Position numbers and translations under genes: made by a program
Shown here: positions 27,601 through 38,537 of the stretch, one piece after another
Layout of the letters: each line of letters starts with the position of its first letter
Numbering within the stretch: position 1 is the stretch's first letter
The notes under the pieces: model-generated
Told to the model about the DNA's origin: nothing
What the model saw: only the letters and a program-made list of their open reading frames with translations
Database searches by the model: none
Assembly: GCF_008831285.2 (NCBI RefSeq)
Contig: NC_045138.2
Location: forward strand, 40,920,001-40,984,000
From: Nymphaea colorata
Taxonomy: Eukaryota
Reading direction: 5' to 3'
Length of the DNA stretch: 64,000 bases

Positions 27601-30600
27601 AACTATGTGACACGGGTGCGGATGCGATACGGGGATACGGGTGCGGATACGGCAATTTTCAAAATTTTCGGATACGCGGACACGGCTACATTAAATATTC
27701 TAAAAAATTATAAGATTAAAAAAAACATTAAATTAATAGTTCACTTTTACAATCTTGTGAGAAAATGTGTTTAATCACAAAAGTACTGAATATTTGAAAG
27801 GATTGTTCATGGAAATAATTGGATGCATCACAAAAATTTGATAAAATGAAAAAAAAACATTAAATTTTTATTTTTTATTTTTTGCCGTGTCCTAGCCGAG
27901 TCCCGTGTTGGAGAGTCGACATGGGTACGCGGCCTCTTTAGCCGCGTCCGTGTGACATAGTAGATAAATAAGGAAAAAAGTTCATGTCCCAAATAAAATA
28001 ATTTACAGAAAATTATATGATCCTTTCTCATGAGGATTGAGTTTTTTTTTACATCCTTTACCTGCCTTCACAAAAAACATTTAAGATGCTTAGTTACCAA
28101 ACTTCCATGAAAGTGGACCTTTCTAGAAACGGTTTGCCGGGAATAGATCCATGTCAGTCACAGGCATGAAGTCCAAATATCAGAAGCTTTCCGTTGCAGC
28201 AATAGTAGCTTTCCTATTGCACGTCAGATTAGTAGGCAAAGCTACAAAAGCACTAGGTACCCCAACTAGTGGACTTCTAAAAGGGACTAGGCAGTGCTTA
28301 GGCAGGCTCAAAAGAGTAAATCGGAATAAGAAAAAGAGGAAGAAAGAGAAGAAGAAGAAAAAAGAATGAAAAGAAAGAAAAAAACGAAAAAAAAAAAAAA
28401 ACTAAAGAAAGGTCAAACTGTCAAAGTAGAAGAAAAAAACAAATTGTCATAATTCTGTCTCTCTGGCATCCAGGTGGTCCATCCTAGTTCAAAGGGTGGC
28501 ACCCTAGGGCCTGACAGGCACGCTTTTAACTACTACGCATGTCCACGAAATCCTAACATGACATTGAGTTTATGCCAACCTAGAGTAACACCTTCCACCA
28601 TAAACACTGAGAAATCAGCAAAGACCCACAAATTACTTCCAATAGCAGTCTATGAAACTGTATCTGTTGATCTATTGTGACAGAAGATTGAACCGCAGAA
28701 GTGTGCATAGGCAACTATCGAATGTACGCAACACAATTTAAATTGGGACTTCACCCCAAAAAAATGATAAAGTATCAAGATGCTAGTAGAACAAGTGTGC
28801 TTCAACGATTGCTCAGATATAGCATACCCTATCCAACATGATTGGCTTGCATGTATTGTTTTCATCATCTTATGTGATATCCAAATAGGTACTTAGAGGT
28901 ATTTTGGAGCAGATAAAAAGTCTGAAAAGGAATCTCATACATAACCATGGTGGCTGTTTAAAGGAAACATAGTTCTTGCAAAAGGTTACAAAATATCAGC
29001 TCAGTTCAGTCTCACAGTGAGGCCCACAACATATAACTTTGCCTTGTAATATACCCGTAATTACCATTTCTGTTTCTTCTTTGCTTTTCGTTTCTTAGTT
29101 AAACGTTTAATTAACTTGTTAATAAAGGTTCTCCTTTCAGTCAGAAAACCAGAAAGGCTGATGTTCTTACTGCTGATGCTGTAGAATTGTTTCGCTCTCC
29201 ATAAGTGCTGAATTGAGAAAATTTGATGGCTTCAATGTTCTTGAATTTTCCTCGAGCCACTTCCTGTACGGGCTTGCTAAGGCAACACGCTTTTTTACCT
29301 CTGTATTCTCATAGACCTAAAATAGAAAAATCCATTAAGTTAGAATTTATTTTCATAATCAAGTTAACATCTCCATATGAAGAAGTTGATTTCACAAGCC
29401 CGTTGGTCTTATGTAGCAAAGTCAAGCAAACTTTACATGACAGTTTTAAAGGCCCAGTCAAGAACCCAAAATAAGTTTAAAACATTGACTGGATAATTTC
29501 AATATTAGCTTAAAACTTTAAAGATTTGAAAGTAATTGAAAGAGAACTGGCAATTTAAAAGATTGAAGACTAAACATGTTACAGTATTTCTAAGACAAAA
29601 GAAAAGCAGAAAGGAGAAGAAAAAGCCTAAGTGCCTCCACCCAGTGGTTACCAAGGATCCAAGGCAAGCAGAGGCCCTAGACTTGTGGACAGAGATCCCT
29701 AGACAGGCTTTTGACTACAGAGTACCATTTTTACAGAAACAGAGAAATAGACCTTTACATCCATGTCTCTAGGGCTACACATATTTTACAATGTAGCACC
29801 ACATGCAGTTACTGAATTTCCAAATGAACATGCTGAAGAATAAGCAGTTATATCATTTCAATAAAACAAAAACACATTGAGACAACATTGCTCAAAAATA
29901 AACAACAATAAAGTTACTTTCTTTGCCACCCATACACAAAGGATACACTTGTAAAATAAAGTAACAGTGATAATAAAATACATACCTCACCATTAATAAG
30001 GTCCACACTAATCATCATCCCAGGACCTAAGCGGCCTTTCATGATGACTTTTGACTCATCCATTGGCAGCACACCCACCTTATAAAGGGTAAAATAAATA
30101 AAACTGTCACCAGCAATAAAGTACTGAATTTTCATCATATTCTCAGTCAAAACCATCCGTTACAATAAGTTAACAGTTGTAGAAGGAATTAGAACATGGA
30201 CCGACATATGCACTCCATCTCAAATAGCAGAAAGCTTTTTTAGAAGAAATTTTTCTTTTGTCATCTTCTTAGTCAGAGAACATTAAGTTGCAGCATTTTT
30301 ACCAATGAATAGGTCCATATACATTCTGAATTAAGAAAGCTTCAAGAAAAAGAGTGAAATCGGACCTCAGACGCAACATAGACCATATCATCTACCGTCC
30401 TCCAATATCGAGCAGGTCGAAGTCCATTACGGTCAAGGCAAGCTCCCACCGTTTTCCCATCACTAGATAAATCACAAAATGACAACAGAACAATAGAACA
30501 GGATAAGTTGGCAAATCATTTTAAACTCTGGTACAGTTCCAAGCCACATAATGACTATAATTCCTTAATGTGAATATAATGCTTATGATACTGAAACAGT

Positions 30601-33600
30601 TAGAGGTGAAAGCAGTGGAAGATGGTCTACAGTGAAAGCTGAGGGAGAAAGACATAAGAAGTGCAGAAGAACAAATAATGACCACAAGAGAGACATGTCA
30701 ACTTTTCTTTTTCTTTTTTCTTTTTTTTTTTGAGCTTCTGTATTGTACCCCAAAAATTTGCCAGAAAAATGCTAAAACTAACACAGTACACTTGATAACC
30801 ATTGCTTCCAGTGTACCATGAAAATTCCTGAAGTACACTACAAGTGTACTGTTATGTGCCTAAAAATTGTTTCCAGAGATCCCCTAATAATTGCTCACAA
30901 GGTGCTAAACATTAATGCACTTGTTAACCATTGCCAGACGCACTGTGGAACATTTCAACTTCAAATTCTTTTGAAATTCCCAAATTCTGACCCACCAAGA
31001 GAAAAGATTAGGGTCTGACACAAGTCTTAAAATGTGAGCCATCCAAAATACCATGGTAAGGCATAAAGAAATCAGTATGTCTCATACAAGGATTACCAAA
31101 TACACTCCTAAAAAAAATTCAGCATATGTAAGAATTTAATGTTGCAGAATCATACCAGCACCACAATTCCACTTGCAAATATGTGTGCAATTGTCACTAC
31201 CAAAGTTGTCAAAGAAATTTTATTGTTTATATATATATATATATCAGTGTTGTACATATCGTACGATACGTACCATCGCGTTTCAAAACCGCGATATATA
31301 CACCACCTGTATCATAAACATGTGGTGTATTGTGCCTGTATCGCACATATCGTACGATACAGGCACCGTATTGTACGATACAGTTATGATATGTTACAAT
31401 ACAGTTATGATATGTTATGTACTTATGTCATGTTCCTTGTTGTGCTTTCTAGATTGATATTGACATATGGTTATGAATTTTGATGTTTATGAATGATGAA
31501 GTAATGAACCATAACTTTATAGCAATAATAAGTCTATCATTCTGTAAAACATGTTTTTTATGAAGAATATATTATTCTTTATTTTTTATGATTTTTTCGA
31601 AATTTTTTCTATTTTTTTAATTAATTTAAAAAAAAATTACGATATTTTACGATACAACGTATATGGATAATAACCAATCTCCCAAAGCAGAAAAAGTACA
31701 TTTATTAAACTTGAACTCACTGAGGAAGCAGCTGTATCCATACATTTGTGTGAATATGCACATATTTATTTTCTCTTTGACTGGAAACTTCTGCAATCAA
31801 TGAAGTCTTTGTTTTTGTTATGTCACTTTGAAAGCAAGCAAAAAGGTTCAAAATCATCCCTACCAAAAATGATACTGAATAAGAAAAATAAAGATGTCAC
31901 TCGGTTAGAACATGTCCCACCAAAGGACAGCATAAACTGAACTGATCTATATGCTGGAGAAATCTACAGGCACCAGGCTCCACTAGATAGAACAGCATTT
32001 GTTGCTTCTAGAAAATTTAGCAGGATTACGGCAGGTTAGCAGTCATGTCCAACTTTCAACCCCAAATATGGTGTATCTATGACACAGAGGGATATGCTTT
32101 TGATAATAGTAAGGCAATCCTTCTCCCTTCAAAGCTCAATTTGACAGCTCCATATATGGCAGTGGAAGAAGATAGAGAAATCACCCATCTCATCCTCCAT
32201 TTGCATTCTGGTAGCAGAAATCATCTCGGTGCACTTCATAAGACTTAGGAATGCATTCCTTGCTAAAGGCATCTTCTTGGCATTTAGAGAACCATCCAGC
32301 CTAAAGGTCCATGAGCATATCCTAGAGACAAAAAGTTCCTAACCTTAAGAAAAACATCTGAGAAAAGCCAATCTTTTGATATTTTGGACCTTGAGCAGCC
32401 ACGCCAACAAGATAGCAGCCAAGTGGTCAGGAGATACAATTTCTTCAAGGTTATTAGACATTGCAGTATTGCACCCTTCAATCTCTGCGTGCAACTGCAT
32501 CTTCAGTTGATCCTGTCAACTGCACCTTTTAACTATCATAGTCTACACTAGAGAGGATGTAATTCAAGTTGTGTGCAAGGCACAAGCTGATCCAGGCAGC
32601 TGGTTGTGACCCAAAAACCTTGGGATAAGGCACAGAGCAAGTCTTCTTTTAGCAGGAACTCGGGCTTGAAATAAAATGAAGAATAAGCATTATGTAGTAT
32701 GACTGAAACTCCAACCTGTATTAGCTGGATGCCTCCCCTTGCAGCAGTTCTCTCAGACAATATTCTATTTCACGAATATATGTAGTTGAAGGATGAGAGG
32801 AATTAAATGATTAGCCAAACACTAACATAGATATAACGACAACCGTTTGGCTCCAACTACCATCATTGATATAGTGACAATCATTTGGCTAGGCACATTA
32901 TAGATCTAACAAAAGACTGAGCACCTGAATAAGAGTAAAGCAGGACCATCCCATGCCTCCATTTGGCCTTTGTAATAGTCATAGAAGTCAACAACCTACA
33001 AAGAGGGGAAAAATAAAAAGAATGAGAGAAATCCCAAAAGATATCCACCCAATGTAATGAAAAAGACAACTTATCAGCAATCTTGATCAGTTCTTCATAC
33101 AAGAAAAAAGCTATTTGGAAAGGAAAATTTTGAAGACACAAAGCCTTTTCTTGCTTCTCACATAGAATAAAGAAACTTATGTAGATTCTGTGGCAGCTAT
33201 AAGGTAATCTCACATGTTCAGTACTGTGCTTCAAAAGGAAATACCTCTGGATATTTTATTGTTAAGGTGGGATGGTTCTTGTATGCCTCTGGAACAAGAA
33301 TCATAAGTGCTTCCTCTGCATTACGCCCACTTCTCAGTAACAACTGATCCACAACATCAACAGAACAAGGAAACAAGATCAGAAGAACAATTCCTAAATT
33401 CAAGAGACTTAAGCAGTATATCAAATTTATAAGACAGAATTAAATGATGAAATAGACAATTCAAACAAATAAATGACAAATAACAAGCACAGACTTTCAG
33501 TATGTTATCCTCATAACTTTTGAAAAATCATCAACCATATAGAAGAATACATATGTATATCTTCAATCTATGGATGATCCACATCCACAGGATATCACAG

Positions 33601-36600
33601 AATAGAATATCTGCAGCCTATCTACCACCACTGGAAGAATACTGAGACTAACGAGTACTGTGTACAATGGTCAATGAATACAAGACATATTTTTGCATAT
33701 GGATATTTTTATATTGCTTCATACATGCACACATATACTCATCCAATTATTGCAAAATTATTATTCCTGTAACACCTAATGGCATAAAAATTAGATCCCA
33801 ATCGCTCATCATTGCAAGAACTCATTTTCAATGTTGTGTCATTACTGGATAAATCAAAGGGAATAAAAGTAAAATTCTAAGAAGACATGTCACATTTTCA
33901 AATCAAGGTATCTCCCAACCGAGTAACCTATTCCTATATTACAAATTTATTTGGTCAAAAATAGCATTCTCTGCCAAGTTATGGCTTGTTTGCATCACAA
34001 TATAAGCAGAACAAACTTGTGAACCTTATGTCCACTTATGGTGTGTGCATAAAACTTAGAAAAACAAAGATTGAATTAACAGAAAGTTATCGAGAAGATA
34101 AATTCATATAACATCAAAAGTATGTAATTTCATGAGCTGATCATACTTCAGCAGCACTGTCAAGGTTGGCCGAATCTGATGCCCTTGAATCACCAAAAGG
34201 ACGAAGTTCATTTTCACGGCCACGCCAAACAGGAGATTTGATTGATGACTCACGAGATTGCATCCAATTCAAGTTTCCCTATGAAGAGCATTAAATGTCT
34301 TGTCACTAATTACTACCATGAAATAGTGAACATAATGGATAAAAGCAAACAGTTTAGAGGGAAGACAAAACCTGTATGGTATTTATTTCCCCGTTGTGGC
34401 CAAGCAACCTCATTGGCTGAGCAAGAGGCCATCTTGGACTAGTATTTGTGCTGTACCTTCTATGGTAAATGGCAAAAGGTGATTTGTATAGCTCACTCTG
34501 AAGATCCAGATAGAACTGCCCCAATACCTCCGACCGAAGCATACCTTTATAGACTATTGTTTGATTAGATAAAGAGCAGAAGTAGAGCTCACTGCCCCAT
34601 TCCTTTTGTTTTGCTTCTCTTTCAATCAATTTTCGGGTAATGTACAATTCCCTTTCAATGTCATCAACATTGTCTTCTTTTTCCACTTTGACAAACACTT
34701 GCTGTATGTTAGGCATCGTTTCTCTTGCATAATAGCCTACTACAGAAACATTTGTAGGTACAGGCCTCCAACCTAGAACCTCAAGCCCCTCTTGCTTCAT
34801 AATATTGACAATAACTGCAAAACTAGTAAATAGAACATATGAGAAAACAGTAGCATGTGTATAAGATACTATAAGATTATACTTCAAAGGGAATGACATA
34901 AATTGCCCAAGATAGACAAGGAAATGATGGACTAATAAGGCATTGTTAGACCAGTAAAATAGGACTCAAAGAACAAACAGTCCAAAACAGATTGAGTTAA
35001 ATGAACTGACATTTGATACTCCCACTTGGTTGTGGAACTCTTCTGAGTCGGTTGTGGATAAATCAATGCAGAAATGATGAAAGATGGCAGCACAAATTTC
35101 ATCAATAAATACTTCTGAATAAACATGAACTGACAATGCACATTAACTTTTAAGTAACTCAAAACATACAATGATGACTACAGTTCTCAGCCGTAACTAC
35201 ACTATAAAAGTAAAAATACATAAGCTAAAAGTCACCTGTCTTTGCTTCTTTCAACTGAACCTCATCCTTGGGGAGAAAAACCATTCCCACACCAGTGTTT
35301 GACTCATTAAATAGAGCAATTCCTTGTTTGTCAGCCCAATTGTTGAAAAGGTCCCATGGAATGCTGCTCATCACCCCAGCACCATCCCCAGAATCATTAT
35401 CTGCACCACAACCTCCACGATGCTCCATGCAGCCAAGGGCAGTTAATGCATCACTTATGATAGCATGAGATGCCTTGTGTCTCAAGTTAGCAATGAACCC
35501 AACACCACAAGCGCCCCTTTCAGAAATAATGTCCTCCAAATTAACCACCTGCAGGATTGCACATGTTAGTATTATGAACCAGTATACACTAATGCCTGAT
35601 AAGTTGCAGAATCTTGCATACCTCACCAAGAAATTGTAAAAGATAAGATGAAGTTCAGCAAGTTACATGAAATAAAAGCAGCTAAGCATCTTATTGGATA
35701 TCCAAAACAGTGACAATTCATAAATCACAAGGTGCAGATAACGTTGGTAAGCATTTGCAAGTTAGTCAATGCAATGGCAGATTTGATTCTTCAAAATGAG
35801 AAACAAAGAAATATTATTAATGCAATGCAACACTGTGACTCGAATTAGTGTATCGACCAAAATTCCTATCTCTTCATTTGATGTACCAGACAATGAAAAG
35901 AAGAGCATGCACATATCAGCAGACAAAGATACAGATCCATACATAAACAGGAATGTGAATAATATACAGATATGTACACATGAATGCATGTCAGCTAGTC
36001 AGAAATCACAGGAATGCACGTATGAGAATCTAAGGCTCGACAAATTGATAGGAAAAACTCAGAAATCTTCTGGCTCTTGGGCCGAATTCCAACACACTAC
36101 CCAGCCAATCTAACCCTGCTAACTGTGTGTAACAGAGCGGCAAATACTTCATCAAATTGCCAAATCTTTGTAAATTTGATTTCTATTAACCAATTATGTA
36201 CCCCACAGCTGCCCCTCCCTCTTCCATTTATTGTTTGTGGATGACAATAATCTTGACTAATGGAACCAAGATTTCTCCAAATAATCACATCTTCAGAGCG
36301 GGTATGCCTCAGACATGGGAGGAAGTGACTCTGACGGTTGGACAAATCTATCTCTTTTGAGCAAACCCTACCATGGAACTCCTTGAGCTTCTTCCATGGG
36401 CACCTTCTTCAAAAGTTTTCCATATTTTCATGGGAAATCCTGACGTAATATTCCAACATTAACAGAGTAGACTCATCAGATCGATAGTGAAAATATGATG
36501 TTAGCTCCAGGGACAAGCATTAGGGAATCTTCTTTAAGCATTCTTTTTAGGCCTTAAGTGGGCGTCCTCAAGGATTTGCCAGCCCTTCTCATTTCCTGCA

Positions 36601-38537
36601 ACTATCCTTCTGCAGGTTGATCCCTAATGACCAAGTTTAGCTTTGTTCATTTTTTCCCCAAAAAAAGGAAGAAGAAAAGATTCACAAGGAGCCCAGGGAA
36701 AGATATCAAACATTTGGATTTATCATCCTTACTAAAAGTGTTTTCCTTCAACAAGTATTGTCAGCGACTCAGCGGTAAGGGATCAAAAAATACTGGCTTT
36801 TTCTCTTTAACCAATCTTACACTTCGTTATCAGTAATCATCGCCAAACAGCCATAGAACACTTCTGCTTTCTATGTAACCCACGATGCAGTTGGTGCATC
36901 CATAATCCACAATGTTTTTTGAAGCATCAACTTTTAGCATGCCCTAAAAAGAGAAAGATAAAGAACACGTCTGCAAACAACCACTGATACCTATATTGAG
37001 CAACAGGTAATTGCAACTAAGATTTTTATCCTACTCGAAAAAATTATCAAGGATTAGAAGCTTCCAAGTGAAAATATTCAGTAACAGAAAAAGCACAACG
37101 TGAAAATGTAGGATGCCATCCTGCCACAGAAGACATATACGAATTTTTCATTGAGTAATGAACAACTCCTAATAAGACTTAAATCCTTAACCTCTTAGTT
37201 GCGTGTGTCCAATATTTTATTTCCATATATTCAAATTATTTAACTGATCATCACCATTGGCTACCGAAACCTTTCCTGTTTACAAACTGCATCCAATGTT
37301 TCATTTCCGTATACTGAATAACTGAACTGAAGACCAACAGCTTCTGAAGTCCTAACCATCAGAAAGCTGTTTACCGTTAGGTTGAAACTATGATCCCAAT
37401 GAGTAACTCCCTCGTGGACTCTGCTTATCACTTCATCATACAGTTTCCACATCAGAATTCAAAGAAAACCTTATTCAAGGTAAGACGTCCACGCATGTCG
37501 GGTCTCCACACTTTCCCATAATTACAAGATAAGAACGAAAGATTAGCAGACGAACAATTCTACAGAAGCCCTCTACCGGCAACAGCATTTCCTTCTTCCA
37601 CGCCCACTACACGATAAAATTATCTCATCCAATTATGATGACAACCCAAAGTTATCAACATACGCAAGATAATGATGGATTCAGCTTTTTGGATTTTGAA
37701 GAAGAGAAGGACAAGGATCTTAGAACCAGCGATCTAACCAAGTAAAGCAACGCACTGAAAGCCCCATCCATTCTTATGCATTGATAGAATGGATATATGA
37801 CGAGCTCTCCCGCCCACAGGAATTCCACTAACCCGCCGACCGAATTGGACCCAACCATTATGAAATTCGATGATACGATTAACAAGCCGTCACCAATCAT
37901 CGTGCCTGACTCCCAGCTTCTTGATTCATAATCCACTTTGCTAGCGCTTCCAAGATTCTAGGAATGTTACACAGAGTATGCCCACCGAGCCCATCAAGAA
38001 CCCGCCAAAGCCAATGAGCAAACAAGAAAGCTGCAGAGGAAAAGGGGCAGGATAAACCGGGGTATCTAGCCTCCAACAACAAGAAGAAGAAAAAGGATTG
38101 AGTAGAGGAATTCCCCAGCATTTGGTGATCACAGCCGAACCAGAACACACTCCGATCACTCAGAATTCCAAAGTACTACCCACCGCCAAAAGCGATTAAT
38201 CATAGCAAAACAGAACCAATTGAAAACTCACTAACCAAACATGCGATCAGAATTCCAAGCTCACCTTCTTCTGATTGTTCGGCAAGACCGAACTGGCGGC
38301 GCGAATCTTTGACCAATTTGAGTGCAGACCTCTGCTTCTTGATATCTGTTGACCTCCGCGAGCTCGTCGGACCGATCTGCTCGAACTCCTCCTGCAGAAC
38401 AGGCCATTGAAGTCACCGAAAATCAGCCGCTTAGCCTCCGCAGACTGCAAAGAACTCAACGAGCGCGATGAAGGCGACGAAGACGACGATGGAGCGTAAG
38501 CCGGCTGGTGTAGCCGGTACAGAGACTGCAGCGCCAT
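9681..38537 (-). CDS. GLU1: Ferredoxin-dependent glutamate synthase (Fd-GOGAT), chloroplast precursor, 33 exons, 1621 aa
   Basis: Exons 5'->3': 38265-38537, 35236-35548, 34372-34814, 34147-34278, 33245-33343, 32925-32995, 30366-30462, 29986-30078, 29171-29316, 27282-27441, 26593-26703, 26283-26498, 24813-24970, 23291-23420, 21424-21482, 20967-21072, 18905-19001, 18510-18625, 18203-18400, 17921-18031, 16312-16551, 16095-16193, 15531-15626, 15233-15430, 15069-15143, 14778-14906, 14552-14650, 11802-11944, 11614-11707, 11303-11541, 11116-11194, 9964-10047, 9681-9842; sum 4866 nt, open frame. Ser/Arg-rich transit peptide (MALQSLYRL...), Ntn Cys in GA-CGVGF, FMN-domain [16 protein letters not shown], 3Fe-4S motif [17 protein letters not shown] domain, and no NADH beta-subunit region. 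GLU1 vs GLU2 orthology cannot be resolved. Confidence 0.97.
10304..10522. mobile_element. Degenerate MITE-like repeat, intron 31; related copy at 1-139
   Basis: Self-inverted structure (GCATTTGAT ... ATCAGACACCCT). The AGATC..AATCAAAT..AGAC..TTGAAATAA.AA.ATGG segment is shared with positions 15-139. Confidence 0.5.
17453..17809. mobile_element. Non-autonomous hAT-like MITE (CTATGTCACA-ended family), Fd-GOGAT intron 20
   Basis: Ends CTATGTCACATAGGTACG ... CGTACCATTGTAACATAG; flanks TTGGCACC / TTGGTAAC (6/8 TSD match). Confidence 0.75.
19308..19651. mobile_element. Non-autonomous hAT-like MITE (same family), intron 16
   Basis: Ends CTATGTCACATGGGTG ... CACCAGTGTGACTTAG; perfect 8-bp TSD CTTAAATT (19300-19307 and 19652-19659). 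Confidence 0.88.
22241..22602. mobile_element. MITE inserted in a (TA)n tract, intron 14
   Basis: Ends CATAGTCACAAA ... TTTGTGACTAT; ATATATAT / ATATATAC flanks; A-rich interior with CpG-bearing motifs. Confidence 0.75.
22644..23165. repeat. Two-copy ~260-bp tandem duplication (22644-22906, 22907-23165), intron 14
   Basis: Both copies run AATAGTTG...CACTTCAAAGGCATGT with only a few substitutions and indels. Confidence 0.95.
25651..25960. mobile_element. hAT-like MITE, intron 12
   Basis: Ends CATTGTCACA ... TATGACACTG; TSD CTTTGAAC / CTTTGAAG (7/8). Confidence 0.75.
27603..27960. mobile_element. Non-autonomous hAT-like MITE (same family), intron 9
   Basis: Ends CTATGTGACACGG ... CCGTGTGACATAG; TSD CAGATAAA / TAGATAAA (7/8); subterminal GGATACG/GGTGCG repeats. 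Confidence 0.85.
28227..28536. mobile_element. Degenerate MITE, intron 9
   Basis: Ends TAGTAGGCAAAGC ... CGCTTTTAACTACTA; CTAGG motifs; A-rich centre; possible TSD GCACGTCA / GCATGTCC. Confidence 0.45.
31245..31684. mobile_element. MITE with CGATAC subterminal repeats beside a (TA)n tract, intron 6
   Basis: Starts CAGTGTTGTACATATCGTACGATACG with repeated CGATAC/GTATCG; right end decayed and approximate. Confidence 0.55.

Noticed and set aside
28678..28690. TGACAGAAGAT resembling the 5' end of miR156/157 (also near 10060)
   Set aside because: Only 10-11 nt match and no hairpin partner.
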